A stretch of DNA of 64,000 bases from the human T2T-CHM13v2.0 reference genome, Homo sapiens. The DNA lies in NCBI RefSeq assembly GCF_009914755.1, contig NC_060926.1; one strand, written 5' to 3'. The notes under the pieces are model-generated. The model was not told where the DNA came from. It did no database searches and saw only the letters and a list, made by a program, of their open reading frames with translations. Of the stretch, positions 56,844-64,000 are shown in pieces. The position numbers and the translations under genes were made by a program. Every line of letters starts with the position of its first letter. Position 1 is the first letter of the stretch.

Positions 56844-59800
56844 GTAATCCCCCTTCACATCAGTTTTAACTTTGATTCTAGTTTAAATGATGTACCATTT
56901 TCTTCTCCTCCTTGCCAAGATATTTGAAAGATTATCCCAAAAATCAATTGGTTAAAGCCCCTCTCTGTGCTACAGTGAGCCGGAGAATTTCCAGCATCTG
57001 ATGAGGACCAGTGGACCACCTGATACTTTTTCAGCAGGGTGATAAAATTAAAGGATGGTTTTGATTTGCTTGAAGGATTACTTCCCTTCCTTAATTGTTT
57101 AAAGTGCACAGTATTAACACAAAGAGGGGGGAAAAAAGAAAATTAAGAAGGTGACTGTAGAGCCTGAGCTAATTGCAAGCTGATTAGATTGTGCCATGCA
57201 AGAGCTCTCCCTCCGTTACATACCATCACAAGCTCTGGTCTTTTCCACCCTGCTGCTGCAGCAAACAAGCTGATTTGCTAACAAAGTGGTCAGCTCGGGC
57301 ACTTGCACAGCGGCTCACGGGGTCCACAGACGGCTGCTCTCCATGCAGAGAATCTCAAGCTCCATTTTCCAATCTGATTACACGGCTCCTTGTTCCAGGA
57401 GCCTTAAACCTTCATGGCAGTTTACCAACATTTTCATCACTTTTTTCTTTTACAAAGCAAAAGAACTGATAAGCTCTCAGGTACCCAGGATTTCATAGTC
57501 AATGGCTGGCCAGCAGCCAGCATTCCCTCACCACATAACTGTTTTGGGCCACACTGCATAAAGCAGACAGGATTTACCAGATTGCACAGAACTATTAGAA
57601 TTTTGCCATGTGTACAAGTAAGCAGCATGTTTCTGTCCTTACAGATGTTGACTATTGTGTCTAATCACATCTAGGAAGCACAGAAACCTAGTAAGTGTCC
57701 TGCGTCACCTCCCCCCAAAAAAGAGGCAATGCAAAGCAAACCAATGAGCATATGTCCATGAATTCCACTATTACCCTAACTAACCTGTTCAGGAATTCTG
57801 CCTCGTAAATGCAAAGTACTAATTACTGTTTTTAAAACTCCTGGTCTGATTACCTAGACCAATTACCTGGATTACCAAGAAACTGATCCTAGCTACTTTC
57901 CATTAAAATCTAAAATATTGTGAGCCACTAAAAATAACTGATTAGCATCTTCCAACTTTGGCAATCCTCTAGAACTTACAAAAAGCAAACCAAAAGATGT
58001 AGAAGTGAAGCTCAAAATTTATCTCACCTAAAGCAGCTTCTTGAAAATTAATCTTATACCCATTAATTCCCAGAAATCATGTCAGGCAGTTAGCATGAGT
58101 TTCAACCTAATACATTCACATTCAAAAGTTTAAAACAATGACCACTATAGCATTCCAAATTAAACATTTATGCATACACTCTTTCTCCTATGTAATATTT
58201 TTCAAATTCATTTTTATTTATAGCCGATGGGCCTAAAATGTGAATTTAACACTCACATAATGTGAATGTCCATTCATTGTGTGCTTCCTTTCAACCAAAC
58301 AACAATAAACAAACAAAAAATAACACACCCTCCTTCATCCATGACCAGTAACTTTCTAATAAAGATAAAGAAAAGGAAAATAGCTTATAATGTCTGTGGC
58401 TATGCCTGGTTCATTTGTGCATCATGTTGATCTACCATAAAGGATTTGGGGAGGGGAGAGGAGAAGGAGAGGAGTCTGCAGTTATGGGAAAAATGTACAA
58501 CTCGGCTCACACAATGCCTCAGTACTCGAGCTCACCAGTGCGCTGACCCTCTGTATCTTGGAGTCATTAGCTAGAGTCCCAGCCCTGCCTCCAGGAGGGG
58601 GGATTTGAACTCACACACCAATGTGGGGAGATTCGGGATTTTGAGCATGCCAGCCAGAAGGGTCATTCCTCCTTGCTGATGAGGAGGACGCCTGTCCCCT
58701 GGGGAAGGAAAAACTAGATGAGTGACTGTCGCAAGATTCAGGCAATGGACATGCTGCTGACTCAGGAATGGACTCTGACAGCCACCCTGCTTCACTCCAG
58801 CCGCTCTGAGTGGGAGCGGTTTCAGGGCAGCAGCATTGACAGGTACATGCAAAAGTTAGGGGAGAATGAATGGAAGACAGAGGAAAGAGGGAATGAATGA
58901 GCAAATGAAACAGCAACTCCTTTTCCAGACATACACATACAAGAAATAAACATTTTCCTTTTATACAAGTTGATACTGCCCAACAAATAAAAGATATGGT
59001 TGTGGATATGCATTAGAACACCCACAGCATTTCTGAAAGGACTTTAAAAGAGGACACTCATTTTAAAAACTGATAGGCTAAGGCTGGGTATGAATCTATA
59101 TCCACAACACTGCAAAAACCTATAAACTCAAAGAAAGTATACACATACGCCCATATATGTATTTGCATGTGGGTGGTATTCTGCATAAATGACTGTCAAC
59201 TTAAAATGCCATTCTCTAATTTATATGCAAATTCTACCTCTGGTAAAATAAAAACATATTTTAAGCAGCTTATAGTGCCAACACATTATTCCCATGAATG
59301 ATTCCTAGTAAACTATTTATGCCAACTGTGGGGCTTTTTTATGATTTATTGGATGGTGAACGAAACCACTTAAACTATAGTTGTCTGTATGAATCAGTAA
59401 TTTTCATGTTTCTAATTAAAATGTAAACAGCGTAATGAAGACATCAAGTTTTTAGGCAAATGTCTCTTCCAGTGCCACTTGGGGTATGGTAATTACTGGA
59501 GCAGATCTATGGATGCTTCTGAATCTTCCACAAGTCCAGATTAAAAGCATTACTGCTAAACCTGGCTTTTTACACAAGGGAATTGTGTACTTTAACCCAT
59601 TCCCAGTTTGCTTACATATGCACATTGGCACTACCTTTAAAAACTGGTCGTTAAAAAAAATCAAAATGGAAAATAACAAAGGATGTAATTTATATTTAAA
59701 ATGTTGATTATAAAACATTTACTAGCAATCAAAACACTGGAAATAGATCCACTCCAGTTGGATTCCCTACCATTAGCTTTTAGGAAAAAAAGAAAAGAAA

Positions 59801-62093
59801 AACAGCAACCAAATTATGTCTACCTTAAATTTATAGAGCCAGCATCTGGGTTGAAGGGTGAGTGGATAAACTGGTTCCAGATTCAAAGATAATGTTCATT
59901 TCTAAGATTTCTTTTGTTTGAATAACAGTTTAAAGTAAAATAAGTGTATAATTTAAACATAGTAAAATATATAAAAAGTAATCATATATAATCCATGGAA
60001 TAAAATCTTGTCATTTTCCCCTATCATATTCAAAAATTAAAAGTGCCTTTGATATAAAACTATAATCTGTTTTCATTTTTATTTCAGCATTTATTTCTCT
60101 CTGGAATTCGTCAAAATTTATCCTAAAGCAAGTGACCTCTTACACATGCTGAAGAAATACAGCACCTCTTCTGCTTACAACTGTTAATTGAACTTCCCTC
60201 TGAAGCCTGTTTTTCCAAGTTATCCAGTACATTGCTTTACATATTTACTACCCAGCACTTGAATATATTTTTTATTACAATTTTGCACCACTTGCCTTCT
60301 CCAAACACCCCTTAGAACTATGTAATAATGTAGCTACCCTTGGAGTGAGTAGTTAACAGCTGAAGTCTGCAGTGATATGAAAAGTCTAAAATGCATGATA
60401 AAAAGAGGATTCTCCTACCCTTATTTCTACCTCCGCCCCTGGACTCAAAGTCCAAAGACTGACTGATATGGCCAATTTTCATATTATTTTTACAAGAATG
60501 CTAGGCATGTTGCTAAGGTTAACTACGGAATTGAGAATGGTTAAGAAATGTGAATGTGTGTGGGGGTGAGTGGGGCAGAGAAAGAGAGCAATTTTTGCAC
60601 TGTTATGTTTTATTAGCAAAGTAATGCAAACAAATAAATGTATATCCACCATCCTAGGGTCAGGGGAAGCATTTAACCTAAAAGCGTTTTCTACTACTCT
60701 TCCACTTGAAAACATATAAGCTTTTTCTTTTTCTGATGTGGGCATAGAGTCATAGTATTTTGGGGTGATGGAGGGGTGGGACATTTGAGAGAGGTGTATT
60801 TTGGTAATTTTTTTAAAAAAATTTAACACCTCTGAGGGCTTTCAGAGGGAAAAAAAGCTGATTAAACAAGACCAAGTGTTTTTTGTCGGCTTAAGGGTGA
60901 TATCATAGTTGTGTTCAATATCAGAAGTGTTGCAAGTACAGGCATCATTTCTATTCGCTTTGTGCCAGAAAGGTAAACACTGGATTGCATTGTGGATTAA
61001 AACAATAAGAAATCCCTTTCCTCTCAGGCTTTCAAGGCCGTGTTAATCGGGTGTAATTTTTAATGAACACTGGCTGCTTGGTACTTATTCAAGACATTTC
61101 ATTAGAAGGTTATTCATTTAAAAATCAACGTTTCAACCATATCAAGCTGTAACCTTTCTTGAAATGTAAATGAATGGTTTAAATGAGAAGATTAATAAAA
61201 AAGGGATGTTCCAATTCCAAGCATGGCATGCTATGTATTTTTAAATTTGTCTATGCCAGATGCTGTCAGTCAGAACAAAAAACTGTCCAAGCAGACAATC
61301 TGTGCATCTGAATGTTGATCATGTTGGAAAGTACAGGGGGGAGGGGGGAGAGTGTGTCAAGGATTCATGGTCCTTCATCTTTGCAGTAGAGCAAACACGT
61401 CTCTCAGTATAGCGACAGACAGCTGCTTCCACTTTCTAATGTGCCCTAACTTAGATCACTGAAAGAATTGTCAGCACTCAGAGAAACACACAAAGATAAC
61501 ACAGCCAGCTGCCATGGAGGGGAAAAACAGCACAGCTCAGAAGAAATGGGATTTGTTCCATTTGCATGATGCTGCCTCCCCTGGGCCCCTTTCTTTCAAA
61601 TCCAAAGCACAAAAGACAACACTTAACATATTTGCTTAAAGATGACAACCTCATGTTGATTTCATTTGGATGTAACAGTGTCAGGATTACAGATATAAGA
61701 ATATATTATATCTGTAACAGAGACTGACAAATGTACCCATCAGTGGAACTGTCTGATTCATCTGCTTATACAGCCATTTTACCATCCCAAGGGTGCCATC
61801 TAAGTAGTAACTTTAGAAGACTGAAGGTCTAATTTTATTACACCACATTTCAACCTACTAAACAATATTATTTCTAAAATAGATCATTTTTATTGGAAGT
61901 CTCCCTGATGAAAAATCCAGTAGACACCAGAGAATTTATGAACTGTATGGGTCCTTTGAACTCAATATACTGCCCATTTTAAACAACTTTTCTTGCTGTA
62001 TGGCAAAATCCCCATATCAAATAAGTGAAAGTTAGAAAGCAAGAGAGAGATTGTATGTTTCGAGTGCCTAAGTATATTGATATAATAAACAGA

Positions 62094-62143
62094 TTATATA
62101 TATATAAGACAGAGAGAGCGAGAGAGAGAGAGAGAGAGAGAGA
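62094..62143. repeat. (TA)n + (GA)n microsatellite
   Basis: Visible directly. Confidence 0.9.
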
Positions 62144-64000
62144 CATATTACAGATTATATGGATAACTATAAAATCAGGCCTTACCTGGTCCATTTGAAT
62201 AAATTCTTTGTAACAGCTTACTTCTGTCTATTTCATTATAGGTCTACCCTCAATACAACATCCATACTTCAACAGCAGCTATATGAATAATCATTGCCTG
62301 TCAATATCTTTTGTACATATACTCAATCTAATTTCCTGTTAAGGTGTTTTTTAGGCAGAAGATACGACAAGAGAATAATCTAAAGATGCATTGGCTAGCC
62401 ACTAGTCATTGTAATATGTACAATGAAGAAAACCACGATTCCGATCTGAAGCCTACATACTTTTACAAATCTTTATTCTGTCTGACTTTATGGATTTTAA
62501 GTTTATTTCTTAAGTGAATAAAAAGATTTAGGATGATGTGATTGAATTGATTTATTTACATCTACATTACTTTGATTTACGTGACTGGAATTATGGCGGT
62601 AAGAAGGGAGACACAAGGAGAAGGCAGAGAGGAAGCAATCACTTTCTTCACATAAGCAATACATACACAGACATAGGCACACAGACACAAACACACAAGT
62701 AAATGTCTGGGCACACTCAGCCCCACAGCCCAACCAACTGACTTCCCATAACAAAATGTTGGCTCCCTGTGTGCCTGCGTTGTCCAAAGGAACGCTCTAG
62801 TGCTTGTTGCTATTTACTGGCAACAGTATAATGCACTCATTTGGTCTTGTTTTCTAAAATAGAGTTAACTGCTATATGTAAAATTTCTGCACAGCAGATG
62901 GTTACCAATCATTATTTTCCATTTGTTTAGTTTCTAGTAAGAAGAAGAAAACCTGTGGGGTAGTGATGCAAAGAAAAACTAGCAGCCTGCATGATAACCC
63001 AACCAGTGCCAGAATATGCATTTTTTAAAGAAAAACGAAGAATCACTTTGATCACGTAGCATATCAAGACTAAAATTTTGAGGGATGGGGGAAGTTATTC
63101 ATCCCAGTCTCATCCATAAAGCAAAATGCCATTTGAACAATTTATTTTTTAGTATAAAATCCTCTAAAATTTAGCCTCTATATGTTTTTAAGTGATCAAA
63201 GTTTCTAGAAGCAACTTATTATCACCATTAATGTTTGTCATCACCCAAGCTGAAATCATTTTTTTTAAACCTCTAAGTAGCCCAGTTGTCCAACAGAAAA
63301 TGGGAAATAGGAGCCATTTGTGGACAAATGCACATGCACAGAAAATTAAGCTGTAAATATCTGGACCGGGTTATTACTGGAATCTGGAAACATCTGGGGC
63401 TACAGAATAAGCCAAGCCCCGTTTCCACAATGTCCAGGTAATTGCTTAAATGATTTATACCTTACTGTTTCTATTAAAAATGTCTTTAAAGAGAAACATT
63501 TGTAGGCTTGGTTCTGCAATAAAAATTGGTATCTGATTTCACTTGTACAAAATCTTGTGAAAGATGCTACATTTCTTCAAGGACATATGCATGACTAAAC
63601 TAAACCCTGGACAAAGACAAGGCTAAAAGAAGGCATGGCCGACCACTGAATGAAAACAATTGTATCATGATAGCAAATTTTAAATGGTTTATTTGTGATT
63701 AGTTTCTATTCTAATCAAAAGAGTCCATTAGAAAACATTCTTTTCATGCATTTGGGACAAATATATTCAAGCCATTTTAGGGTAAACTTGTACCTCATCC
63801 ATTTTCAATTTTAGTTTTAATTAATTTCTCATAAATCTTATTTACTGACACTTCAACTGAATATCAAACCAAACTTAACCCCTAAGGGACAAATAAGTGC
63901 CACCTCCAAGACAGACTTGCACCACTTAGTTAAGAATCTGGAAAGGTATTTAAATAGGTTCACTTAGATGGTGTCTGTATGGAGCTACTAACTGGTCCAT

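Overview
This is AT-rich, CpG-depleted primate genomic DNA, very likely human or another catarrhine because AluY-type copies are present. It looks intronic or intergenic. I find no credible protein-coding exon, rRNA, tRNA or CRISPR-like array. The supplied ORFs are short and mostly fall in Alu, THE1/MST LTR, L2 or microsatellite sequence. Bases 1-50.7 kb carry the usual interspersed-repeat mosaic: about 17 Alu/FLAM pieces, a solo MSTB-like LTR, a two-LTR internally deleted THE1A nested inside Alus, old L1M/L2/MIR fragments, hAT MITEs (MER5A, MER5A1, MER3, MER102, MER103C, MER94, MER53) and microsatellites. The last ~13 kb have no Alu or other clearly recognisable transposon and contain enhancer-like patches. 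The best second-look items are the Alu>Alu>THE1A nest, an inverted AluSp pair only ~23 bp apart, two hairpins outside recognisable repeats (43.5 kb, 46.2 kb), a palindrome-unit minisatellite and the transposon-poor 3' region. I cannot support a claim of a new biological system from sequence alone. Repeat names come from my recall of consensus sequences, not from a search, and old-repeat boundaries are approximate.
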